The notes beneath the pieces were generated by a model. The model was given only the letters and a program-made list of their open reading frames with translations. It ran no database searches and was not told where the DNA came from. Shown here one piece after another: positions 1 to 8,470 of a stretch of 64,000 bases of DNA (positions are counted from its first letter, which is position 1; each line of letters starts with the position of its first letter). This DNA is from Nitrospiraceae bacterium (GTDB taxonomy: Bacteria; Nitrospirota; Thermodesulfovibrionia; Thermodesulfovibrionales; UBA1546). Made by a program: the position numbers and the translations under genes. Where the stretch lies: assembly GCA_021373015.1 (NCBI GenBank), contig JAJFTJ010000007.1:43135-107134 (forward strand), in the 5' to 3' direction.

Positions 1-513
1 TTCGATTTTTTCCAGATCATAGGCATCACCATAACCCTGCTCTACTGCCCAGCGCGCTCCTTTTAGCAAAAGTTTTTTTTCTGCATCAAGTGTAAGACGC
101 ACTCTGCCCTTAGAACCAACACCGGATGGGATTTCATTATATAAACTAATCACCAAGTCTTTTAATCTTGGCAGGATATCTTTTTTTTGAAGATTGCTTT
201 TTAGAAGTCTGACCCCACAGTTGATATCGTACCCAACACCGCCGGGGGATACGATCCCTTCTTTAATATCAAAAGCCGCTACTCCTCCTATTGGGAATCC
301 ATACCCTGAATGGATATCCGGCATTGCAAGAGAGGCATTTACGATACCCGGCAGAGTTGCTACATTTGCAGTCTGTTCTATTGATTGGCTTTCAAGTCCT
401 TTTTCCAATAGTTCGTCTACATAGATAATACCTTTAACTCTCATTCCTTCTTTGTAGTCTTTTGGTATCTCTATTTTTGTTTTATCGATTCTTTTGAGTT
501 TTTCCAAAGGCAT
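1..513 (-). CDS. rtcB: RNA ligase RtcB, N-terminal 171 codons (the gene continues past the window start)
   Basis: Reverse translation from the ATG at 511-513 (AAGG SD upstream) reads MPLEKLKRIDKTKIEIPKDYKEGMRV...LAMPDIHSGYGFPIGGVAAFD...GGVGYDINCGVRLL. This is the RtcB metal-site signature. It is missing from the ORF track only because it is open at the window edge. Confidence 0.9.
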   Translation of the reverse strand, partial: MPLEKLKRIDKTKIEIPKDYKEGMRVKGIIYVDELLEKGLESQSIEQTANVATLPGIVNASLAMPDIHSGYGFPIGGVAAFDIKEGIVSPGGVGYDINCGVRLLKSNLQKKDILPRLKDLVISLYNEIPSGVGSKGRVRLTLDAEKKLLLKGARWAVEQGYGDAYDLEKIE

Positions 514-589
514 AGAATAAATACCTTCTTTATTAAAATTTTAATTTTAATTTTAATTGAATACAGTATAGAGGATTTGATTTATTAGG

Positions 590-644
590 TGGGTGTCATC
601 CTTATTCTTCACGAGGCCTACCGGAGGATAACTGATGACACCCA
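590..644. other. Inverted repeat or hairpin, 11-bp stem (TGGGTGTCATC / GATGACACCCA) with a 33-nt loop
   Basis: Arms at 590-600 and 634-644 were read directly. It lies between the small membrane ORF and rtcB. On the + strand it is followed by GATTTT. Function unknown. Confidence 0.3.
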
Positions 645-658
645 GATTTTAAAAGATA

Positions 659-829
659 TTACAATCCTTTAATCGTATTGCCTGCAGCTAGGATAATAAA
701 ACCTATTACAACCAACCAAAAGGCGAACCCGGACAGTACAGGTATGGCAACAAAACTGGAAATTACACCGACCACTGCCACTACCAGAGCGATTAAAAAT
801 GTAATCTGCTTTGGTGCATTAAGTTTCAA
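659..829 (-). CDS. Small membrane protein (56 aa, two predicted TM helices), not in the ORF track
   Basis: GGAGGTG SD sits 5 nt upstream of a TTG start at 827-829. Translation: (M)KLNAPKQITFLIALVVAVVGVISSFVAIPVLSGFAFWLVVIGFIILAAGNTIKGL, then TAA at 659-661. Hydrophobic pattern is coherent. It lies between archease and rtcB on the same strand. Confidence 0.55.
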   Translation of the reverse strand: MKLNAPKQITFLIALVVAVVGVISSFVAIPVLSGFAFWLVVIGFIILAAGNTIKGL

Positions 830-1031
830 AATTCACCTCCGAAATAAATTATTATCACTAATATCAGATCAATCGCTATCGGCCCCGTTGCCTCACGGCA
901 AGTCATATATAGCGTTTAATCTCAGGGCGTTTATTATTGGAATATTAGCACACTAAGACATGCTGGTAAAGACAAAACAACTAACTTAGAGATTTGCATA
1001 ATATTGTTGTAATGCCTATTGCTCCAAATTA

Positions 1032-1448
1032 TCAGATATCAAAGATAACCTCTGACTCCCAGATATTATTTTTCTTCTCAACTTTGAGCATGTGATAGGT
1101 AGCTGCTTTTATTAATAATTTTTTTTCATGTTTTTGAAGGTCGAATCTTTCTCCTGAAACAACCGCCCTAAGTTCATTATTTTTTATCTCGGATATACTT
1201 ATGTTTCTGCCTAAAAAATTGTATGCATCAAACTCAAATATTAATTCGTTGAGCCATGAAATCAAAAGGCTTTCGACTGAGGAATTTTCCGTAGCGATCT
1301 CCACCGTCTTTCTTTCATCTATTTTTTCAAGATCAGTGATGAGGCTGTACATCCCAAGCGCAGTGTTTACAAATAACTGTTCGAGATTTTCTCCCCAAGC
1401 CCTGATACCTATGTCGCCTGATATGTCAATTATCTCGAACTTTCTCAT
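1032..1448 (-). CDS. Archease (RtcB activator)
   Basis: 138 aa. N-terminus MRKFEIIDISGDIGIRAWGENLEQLF and C-terminal IKAATYHMLKV are typical of the archease family. The start overlaps the rsmA stop by 4 nt. Confidence 0.85.
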   Translation of the reverse strand: MRKFEIIDISGDIGIRAWGENLEQLFVNTALGMYSLITDLEKIDERKTVEIATENSSVESLLISWLNELIFEFDAYNFLGRNISISEIKNNELRAVVSGERFDLQKHEKKLLIKAATYHMLKVEKKNNIWESEVIFDI

Positions 1449-2293
1449 GCCTTTTTATCATGCAATTGTTCATCACTCAGGATATCAGCCAGTCTTGCAA
1501 AATCCTCGATGCTCAGCGTGCCTGCTCTTCTCATATGGTCAATTCCTGCTGATGAGAGAATCTCCCTTATATTTTCAGAGAACGATTTTAAAGAGTTAGA
1601 GATTATTTTTCTTCTCTGTGTGAAAGAAGCTTTTATGAGACGAAACATGAGTTTTTCATCGTTAACTTTTATTGGAGGTGATTCTCGCATTTTCATCTTA
1701 ACAACAGCAGAGTCTACTTTAGGAACAGGCCTGAATGCGCCTCGTGGGATTATGAACTTCAATTCAGGCTCAGAATAATATTGGATCATCAATGAAAGAA
1801 CTCCATAATCTTTAACCCCAGGTTTTGCAACGATTCTTTCCGCCACTTCTTTCTGGATAGTGAGTGTCATGGACTTAAGATTTTTTCTGCTCTCGATGAG
1901 GCGGAATATTATTGGAGTTGTGATGTAGTATGGGATGTTTGCAACAACCATGAATTCTGACAGTGTTTCATAAGGGTAGTCAAGCGCATCTCCATTGATC
2001 AGCACTATGTTCTTATGTCTGTTTAGCTCTTCTTTTAAGTTTTGGTACAGGTCTCTGTCATATTCTATTGCAATAACATTATCAGCCTTTATTGCAAGCA
2101 TCTTTGTCAGTCTTCCGTGTCCGGGACCTATCTCTACAACAGTATCTCCCAGTTTGATTCCTGAGACCTCGACGATCCTCTGGAGAATAGAAGGGTCAAA
2201 AAGAAAATTCTGTCCAAGATGTTTTTTAGCTTTTAACGGGCATTTAAGTTTTTTAACCTTATCGCTGACTTTGAGAAACTTGAGCGGTTTCAT
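1445..2293 (-). CDS. rsmA: 16S rRNA (adenine1518/1519-N6)-dimethyltransferase RsmA/KsgA
   Basis: HLGQNFLFDPSILQRIV, VVEIGPGHGRLT (SAM motif I) and NIPYYITTPII. Confidence 0.92.
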   Translation of the reverse strand: MKPLKFLKVSDKVKKLKCPLKAKKHLGQNFLFDPSILQRIVEVSGIKLGDTVVEIGPGHGRLTKMLAIKADNVIAIEYDRDLYQNLKEELNRHKNIVLINGDALDYPYETLSEFMVVANIPYYITTPIIFRLIESRKNLKSMTLTIQKEVAERIVAKPGVKDYGVLSLMIQYYSEPELKFIIPRGAFRPVPKVDSAVVKMKMRESPPIKVNDEKLMFRLIKASFTQRRKIISNSLKSFSENIREILSSAGIDHMRRAGTLSIEDFARLADILSDEQLHDKKA

Positions 2294-2356
2294 AGATTAA
2301 TTATATCAGAAGGAATATCTGGAGTCTGGTTCTGAGTTTTATAAAACTTATTAGTT

Positions 2357-3202
2357 TTAATAAATTGAGAGCAGATATAAAAAATGTCCCTTTATTGTGA
2401 GAGCATCCTCTTTCCAGCCTTCAGGCAAAGGCAAAAAGCGACCAGCATCTTTGATTGCTCTCATTGCTGCATCATCAAGGAGTGTATAGCCGGATGTCCT
2501 GATAAGCTCAATGCTACCGAGCGTGCCATCTTTTTTTATGGTGAAATTAATATAGAGGTCTCCATAGATGCCTCTGGATAATGCCTCGTAAGGATAAATC
2601 CACACACTTTGTATCCTCATTTTTACTGTTTCGAGATATCTAAGGTAAATAAGGTCTTTTGAGTCTGTGGCAAGTCCAATGCTCTGCTCACTAAGAATCC
2701 TGCCGGGGCCTTCTGTAAGCGAACGGGATAATTTCCCTCCGCTGCCTGATGGGATCAGATCTTTCGGATTCAATAATGATGTCCCCTGTTCTTTTTTCTG
2801 TTCTGTTTTTTTCTGAGCATGTTTTGCGATTGTCTCAGGATCAAAAAGATTGTATTTGCTCAGAGGCGCTGATGGAAAAATTCCTGAAGGTGAAGGAGCA
2901 AGGTTTGCTGGCGAAGAAGATTTTTTTTCTTTTTTATTAATCCCTTTTCCCTCTGATGTGCCTTTTGAAACTTTGCGAGGCTGTTTAGGTTTGCTTATGC
3001 CAGGCGGGACAGGCAAGACCTTTGTTTTTGGAGGAGTGCTTTTTAGCATTCCGCCTCCTGGTTTTATCTCATCAGGCGAAACAAGATTTGCAAAAAAAGG
3101 CTGAAGTTCAGTTCTTTTTCTTTCAGGCAGTTTTAAGAAAAATGACAGAACTACTATTAAATGGAATATCAGTGAGAAAACTATAAAACGCTTTATTGTC
3201 AA
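2357..3202 (-). CDS. TonB-family energy transducer
   Basis: N-terminal TM helix, then a Pro/Lys-rich spacer (PPKTKVLPVPPGISKPKQPRK), then a C-terminal TonB fold (IYGDLYINFTIKKDGTLGSIELIRTSGYTLLDDAAMRAI). Confidence 0.8.
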   Translation of the reverse strand: MTIKRFIVFSLIFHLIVVLSFFLKLPERKRTELQPFFANLVSPDEIKPGGGMLKSTPPKTKVLPVPPGISKPKQPRKVSKGTSEGKGINKKEKKSSSPANLAPSPSGIFPSAPLSKYNLFDPETIAKHAQKKTEQKKEQGTSLLNPKDLIPSGSGGKLSRSLTEGPGRILSEQSIGLATDSKDLIYLRYLETVKMRIQSVWIYPYEALSRGIYGDLYINFTIKKDGTLGSIELIRTSGYTLLDDAAMRAIKDAGRFLPLPEGWKEDALTIKGHFLYLLSIY

Positions 3203-3256
3203 TTAAACCTTCTTCTCTATAATTATACTCAAATGAAATATCCTAAGCAGGACTCC

Positions 3257-3763
3257 TCAGAATCCAGGAGGGAATGGGCAGTGAATTCTTGCTCTTTTTA
3301 TATTCAAATTACCTTTCATGTAATATGCGGCTATCTTAAAAAAGAAATTACCAACAGAACCGGATATTGTGCCGTCTCTGTTTTCCCTCCAACTCATGGT
3401 TTTCTCATTATTGTTTATGGCTACAATCAGATATATGGACCCCTGCCTCATCTCTTTTATGTCTTCTTCGCTTGGTATCGGGAGTCCTTTTGTAATTCCG
3501 AATTGCGTGTGTGAATGAAAATCACCTATTATCTGCAGCCTTTCGAATTTTTCAAGTATAGGCTCGATCTTTTTATGATTTTTGTGCTGGAATACAACTC
3601 CCTTATGTTTTCTCCTTGCCGTCTGCAAGCTGAATGCATGTTCAATTACGAATCTATCCTCGGGTTTATAACCAAGCAGAAAACCAAGACTTTCCTTCTT
3701 ATACACCTCTGCTGAACTCAGCAGGAGATCGATAAATGCATTATCTGATAAATATATTTTCAT
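3257..3763 (-). CDS. Stand-alone JAB/MPN (JAMM) metalloprotease-domain protein
   Basis: It carries E-x2-G-x-L-x-G (KKESLGFLLG) and HSH...SEED (DFHSHTQFGITKGLPIPSEEDI). The H-x-H to S-x-x-D spacer is 12 residues, against the canonical 7. Confidence 0.65.
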   Translation of the reverse strand: MKIYLSDNAFIDLLLSSAEVYKKESLGFLLGYKPEDRFVIEHAFSLQTARRKHKGVVFQHKNHKKIEPILEKFERLQIIGDFHSHTQFGITKGLPIPSEEDIKEMRQGSIYLIVAINNNEKTMSWRENRDGTISGSVGNFFFKIAAYYMKGNLNIKRARIHCPFPPGF

Positions 3764-3771
3764 GCGATTCC

Positions 3772-4233
3772 TTATTTATTTTTTATGTGATGGGCAGGCT
3801 GTCTTACGCTCAGCACAGGGCATGGAGCATCTCTTACTACGCGTTCTGCTGTGCTGCCGAATAATACCCTGTCTATCCCTCTTCTGCCATGCGTTCCCAT
3901 TACGATAATGTCTATGGTGTTTTCCTTTGCAAATTTAATTATCTCTGAATATGGCGTGCCTTTTAATATTATTTTCTCGACGCTGCTTAAATTTTTAGGA
4001 ATATCATTACTGTATCTTTCCATTTCTTTTTTTGCGTTTTCAGCAATGTCTTTGTAAAGGTCGTCTATTGATATATGCGTTACATGCCAGCCAACAGCTC
4101 TTGCTATGTCATAGATTACATGAACTATATACAGCTTTGCATTGTAATTCCTTGCCATGTCAATGGCATAGGGAAGGGCATGGTCTGACCCTTCTGAAAA
4201 ATCAGTAGGAAAAAGTATTCTTTTGATTTCCAT
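3772..4233 (-). CDS. Universal stress protein (UspA family)
   Basis: MEIKRILFPTDFSEGSDHAL...IVMGTHGRRGIDRVLFGSTAERVVRDAPCPVL. Confidence 0.9.
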   Translation of the reverse strand: MEIKRILFPTDFSEGSDHALPYAIDMARNYNAKLYIVHVIYDIARAVGWHVTHISIDDLYKDIAENAKKEMERYSNDIPKNLSSVEKIILKGTPYSEIIKFAKENTIDIIVMGTHGRRGIDRVLFGSTAERVVRDAPCPVLSVRQPAHHIKNK

Positions 4234-4234
4234 C

Positions 4235-5257
4235 TCAGCCTCCTCTTAGGTAACTTGCCGCGTCTTCAGGGGATGTAGTTATAATATGAAAATCTGATCC
4301 CCATTCAAATCCGCTTATATGTACAAGTCTTGGTATTACCTCCAGATGCCAGTGATAGTCTTCTCCGAGCGTGTGCCAGTGGTTTTGTCTTGGAACCCTG
4401 TTGGGCGCTGTATGAATAATATAATTATAGGGAGGATTTTTCAATACTTTGCGTAATTTTTTTATTGCAGTCATAAGCATAAGACTGAAATCATCAAGTT
4501 CATCCTTGTTCATGTCTTCAAAGGCGCATGAATGTCTCTTAGGCATTATCCAGAACTCAAATGGAAAACGCTGTGCATAAGGGCAAAAAGCAGTAAAATT
4601 CTTGGTCTCAAAAATTAATCTTTTGCCGTAGTTTATTTCTTCTCTCATTATGTCGCAAAAAATGCAGCGTTCCTTATAAGCAAAGTAGTTTTTTGCGCCG
4701 ATAAGCTCTTCTTTTACATACTTAGGCAGCACCGGCGTGGAAATAATCTGTGAATGCGAATGGGAGTTTACAGCTCCGGCCTCATGTCCTGAATTTTTAT
4801 ATATCATTATATATCTAAGCCTCATATCTCTCTGGAGATCAGAAATCCTGGCTTTGTAGATCGATGCTATCCGTATCATCTGAGCAAGCCCCATGTCTTC
4901 AGGTTTTATATTGTGTTCAGGCGCTTCGATTATTACCTCGTTGGCGCCTATACTGCTCATTTTGTCGTACATACCTATACCTTTTCTTCCCATATCGCCT
5001 TCAACCTGAAGTATCGGATTGGATTTTGGCACAACTCTCACCCACCAGTCAGAGCTGTTTGGCTGTGATCCTTCTTTCCTGATTGCAGTTATCTCTGGAG
5101 AAGTTTCTTTTTCTCTGCCTGAGCAATATATGCAGGAGGACTCTGCTTCTGCTTGTTCTTTATCTTGATCCGCAATGTATTCTTCGGGAGCTTTTGAATC
5201 TGAAAGCACAACAACCCATCTGTTAAGAAGAGGATCTTTTCTCAGTTCGTGCATCAT
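4235..5257 (-). CDS. GalT-like nucleotidyltransferase/phosphorylase (HIT superfamily), paralogue 1
   Basis: N-terminus ELRKDPLLNRWVVV, Zn motif CIYC, active-site HSHSQ, C-terminal HWHLEVIPR...GFEWG. The start overlaps the coaX stop by 4 nt. Confidence 0.8.
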   Translation of the reverse strand: MMHELRKDPLLNRWVVVLSDSKAPEEYIADQDKEQAEAESSCIYCSGREKETSPEITAIRKEGSQPNSSDWWVRVVPKSNPILQVEGDMGRKGIGMYDKMSSIGANEVIIEAPEHNIKPEDMGLAQMIRIASIYKARISDLQRDMRLRYIMIYKNSGHEAGAVNSHSHSQIISTPVLPKYVKEELIGAKNYFAYKERCIFCDIMREEINYGKRLIFETKNFTAFCPYAQRFPFEFWIMPKRHSCAFEDMNKDELDDFSLMLMTAIKKLRKVLKNPPYNYIIHTAPNRVPRQNHWHTLGEDYHWHLEVIPRLVHISGFEWGSDFHIITTSPEDAASYLRGG

Positions 5258-6015
5258 ACATTCCTCTCATAAATAAATTTAAGGCCTTTCAAGACGAGAT
5301 CAGGTTCGATAAAATCAATTTTTGAAAGAAAAGGAAGCATGATCTCATGATTGCCTCCTGTAATAACCACTTTGTAATGATCTTTTCCGTTTTTTTCAGC
5401 TTCTTTTATTATTTTTTCTACAGCTCCGGCTGTGCCGTATATGATTCCTGAAAGGATGTTCTCTCCTGTATCTCTGCCAACGGCTGTTTTGGGTTTTGTC
5501 AGATTCACATCAGGCAGCTGTGCAGTCTCTGATGCAAGTGAATTTTTCATGAGCTGCAGTCCAGGCATTATCGCACCGCCTTTATATACATTATCTTTTA
5601 CCACGAAATTTATCGTTGTTGCAGTCCCGAAATCTATAACAACAACCGGCGGCCCAAATAATCCGCAGGCTCCGGCGCAGGCTGCAATTCTGTCAACACC
5701 AAGTTTTTCTGGTTCTCTTATGTCGAGAGTCATTCCTGTGTTCATTTTATGATTAAGTATAAGAGGTTCTTTTTTGCATAAGGATTTACAAGCGTTTTTA
5801 ATGTTTTCAGTATTATCAGGGACAACTGATGAGATAATAGATCCTTCGAAAGAAGAAGGCGTTTTATCTTCTTTCAGAATTTTGTTTATTGCAGTCTCAT
5901 AGCCGGAAGATGACAATGCCGGACGGGCGCTGATTTTTTTTGATACTATGGTTAGGCCTCTAAAAAAACCTATATTTATCGATGAATTGCCTATGTCTAT
6001 TGCCATGATATTCAT
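5254..6015 (-). CDS. coaX: Type III pantothenate kinase
   Basis: AIDIGNSSINIGFF, GVDRI and VVVIDFGTATTINFV. The start may instead be the ATG at 6006. Confidence 0.9.
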   Translation of the reverse strand: MNIMAIDIGNSSINIGFFRGLTIVSKKISARPALSSSGYETAINKILKEDKTPSSFEGSIISSVVPDNTENIKNACKSLCKKEPLILNHKMNTGMTLDIREPEKLGVDRIAACAGACGLFGPPVVVIDFGTATTINFVVKDNVYKGGAIMPGLQLMKNSLASETAQLPDVNLTKPKTAVGRDTGENILSGIIYGTAGAVEKIIKEAEKNGKDHYKVVITGGNHEIMLPFLSKIDFIEPDLVLKGLKFIYERNV

Positions 6016-6273
6016 CTAATTAACAAGACCTCATCAATAGGATTTTAGTAGAAAAACAGCATATTTATTCTGCCACTTATAAGTATTTATCGCAATATTT
6101 TTCTCTTACGGATGAAGAACATACGGCAGATTCCATATTCAGTTACCAGATTAGTTGTGATACAATGAGATTGTGATAATGCGTTGCAATATAACTGTTG
6201 TTACAACAGCAGAAACAATGCTGAGTGACTATATGCGTTCATCTTTTACCTTTTCATACCAAAAGGTTGACTC

Positions 6274-8421
6274 ATGAGAAAAATCAAAAAATCGAATATT
6301 ATATGGATGAGTCTTGTTTTTGGAGCTTTTTACTGGCTTCTTGATTCGATAATAGACAGCATTTTTTTTCATTCGGATAGAGGATTTTTTTCGATTTTTT
6401 TTATTGATGAGCCAAGACATCTTTGGATGAGAATATTTACAGTTGTTGTTCTCTTAGTATTTGGATTTTTTGTCTTGTTTGTTATATACAGACAAAGGCT
6501 TAAAGAAAGCAAGCTTACTGAAGAAGAACTGTTCGAAAAAGAAGAACGCTACCGAAGGCTTGTGGAACTCTCTCCTGATACGATTTTTATACAGAACGAA
6601 GGAATAGTCACATTCATAAATCTTGCGGGAGTCAGACTCTTGAGAGCATCCAGCCCTGATCAGATCATCGGCAAAAAAGTTGTGGATTTTATCCACCCTG
6701 ATTATAGAGATATAGTTAAGGAGAGGATACATAAGCTTAGAGATGACAAGGAAATAGTTCCTGTTATAGAAGAAAAATATTTGAGATTTGATGGAACATA
6801 TGTTGATGTTGAAGTGACTGCAACACCTTTTGCTTATAAAGGCAAGACAGGGGCTCAGGTTATTGTAAGGGATATAACAGAGCGCAAGAAAGCAGAAAAT
6901 TTATTAAGAGAATCTGAGGAAAAATACAGGTCAATTTTCGAAGAATCAGAAGATGTAATTTACATAAGTACGCCTGAAGGAAAATTTCTGGATATTAATC
7001 CGGCAGGTGTCCGGCTGTTTGGATACTCTTCAAAAGAAGAAGTTTTAAATCTTGATATAGACAGAGATATATATTTCAGTCAATCAGATAGACTTAAATT
7101 CAAAAAGATGGTTGAAGAAAAAGGTTATGCAAAGGATTTTGAGACTGTCGTGAAAGTAAAAGGCGGGGATGTTGCAATAGCGCTTATAACTGCAAAGGCT
7201 CACAAGGATGAAAAAGGCAAAACTCTTTTTTATAGAGGCATAGTAAGAGATATCACTGATAAAAAAAGAATGGAGGCACAGCTTTTTTATGCCCAGAAGA
7301 TGGAGGCAATCGGACAGCTTGCAGGAGGAGTAGCCCATGATTTCAACAACATAATCACAGCAGTAGTAGGATATGCGACTCTTATAAAGATGAAAATAAA
7401 AAAGGATGATGAGTTGAATACATTCGTTGATCCGATACTCAGCTCTTCGGAGAGGGCTAAAAAACTTACACAAAGTCTTCTTGCATTTGGAAGAAAGCAG
7501 CCTATAAATCTTAATCCAGTTGATTTGAACAGCATTATAAGGGATATTGAAAAGCTTCTTTTAAAGCTCATAAGAGAAGATATAATCTTTAAGTTTGAGC
7601 TTACAGAAAAAGACACTGCTATTTTTTCAGACCATGTTCAGATAGAACAGATACTGATGAATCTTGCTACAAATGCGAGCGACGCAATGCCTGACGGCGG
7701 AGAGATAATTTTAGAGACAGATGTTGTATGGCTTGACAAAGAATTTATAAGTGCGCATGCCTGTGGAGCACCAGGCATGTATGTGCTTATGTCATTCACA
7801 GACACAGGGACAGGAATGGATGAGGCTACAAAGTCAAAGATTTTCGAGCCTTTTTTCACTACAAAAGATATTGGAAAAGGAACAGGACTAGGGCTTGCCA
7901 TGGTATATGGAATAGTTAAGCAGCACAATGGTTATATCAATGTATACAGCGAGCCCGGCAAAGGCACGATATTCAGAATATATATTCCGTCTTTAATCAA
8001 ACATGAAACAGCAGAAAAAGAACAGCTGAAGCAAAAGGGAAGTTTAAGGCAAGGGACTGAGACAATTTTATTAGCAGAGGATGATGAATCAGTAAGAAAA
8101 ATAATAGAATCAGTTCTTAAGGAATTCGGTTATAAAGTTCTTACGGCAGAAGACGGCGAGGAAGCAATAAAAAAATTCAGCGAAAATAAAGATAAGATAA
8201 AACTCCTGCTGCTTGATTTAATAATGCCGGGCATAGACGGGAAAGAGGTTTATGAAAGGGCTAAAAAAATAAAGCCTGGTATAAAAGCTATATTTACAAG
8301 CGGGTACACAATGAATGTGATAAAGAGAAAAGGTATACTTGATGAAGGATTCAATTTTATTTCCAAGCCAATTTTACCTCTTGAACTTATCAAGTTGGTG
8401 AGTAAGGTTCTGGAAGAATGA
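6274..8421 (+). CDS. Hybrid sensor histidine kinase (TM, PAS, PAS, HisKA, HATPase, REC)
   Basis: Two PAS-like blocks (both ending ...RDITERKKAE / RDITDKKRME). H-box GGVAHDFNNIIT. N/G boxes NLATNASDAM and GTGLGL. C-terminal receiver LLLLDLIMPGIDG...SKP. Confidence 0.9.
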   Translation: MRKIKKSNIIWMSLVFGAFYWLLDSIIDSIFFHSDRGFFSIFFIDEPRHLWMRIFTVVVLLVFGFFVLFVIYRQRLKESKLTEEELFEKEERYRRLVELSPDTIFIQNEGIVTFINLAGVRLLRASSPDQIIGKKVVDFIHPDYRDIVKERIHKLRDDKEIVPVIEEKYLRFDGTYVDVEVTATPFAYKGKTGAQVIVRDITERKKAENLLRESEEKYRSIFEESEDVIYISTPEGKFLDINPAGVRLFGYSSKEEVLNLDIDRDIYFSQSDRLKFKKMVEEKGYAKDFETVVKVKGGDVAIALITAKAHKDEKGKTLFYRGIVRDITDKKRMEAQLFYAQKMEAIGQLAGGVAHDFNNIITAVVGYATLIKMKIKKDDELNTFVDPILSSSERAKKLTQSLLAFGRKQPINLNPVDLNSIIRDIEKLLLKLIREDIIFKFELTEKDTAIFSDHVQIEQILMNLATNASDAMPDGGEIILETDVVWLDKEFISAHACGAPGMYVLMSFTDTGTGMDEATKSKIFEPFFTTKDIGKGTGLGLAMVYGIVKQHNGYINVYSEPGKGTIFRIYIPSLIKHETAEKEQLKQKGSLRQGTETILLAEDDESVRKIIESVLKEFGYKVLTAEDGEEAIKKFSENKDKIKLLLLDLIMPGIDGKEVYERAKKIKPGIKAIFTSGYTMNVIKRKGILDEGFNFISKPILPLELIKLVSKVLEE

Positions 8422-8470
8422 ATAACTTTTGTTAATGAATGGCAATAATTTGAGATAACTGGAGATTGTA

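Noticed and set aside
635-652. A 5-codon mini-ORF (ATG ACA CCC AGA TTT TAA) preceded by GGAGG, inside the 590-644 hairpin.
   Set aside because: It is too short to evaluate, and the GGAGG is more simply explained as part of the hairpin loop. There is no supporting context on the + strand.
678-956. 92-aa + strand ORF in the ORF track.
   Set aside because: It lies antisense to the better-supported small membrane ORF (659-829, which has an SD). It has no SD, its composition is odd, and it extends into a non-coding spacer. It is probably a shadow ORF.
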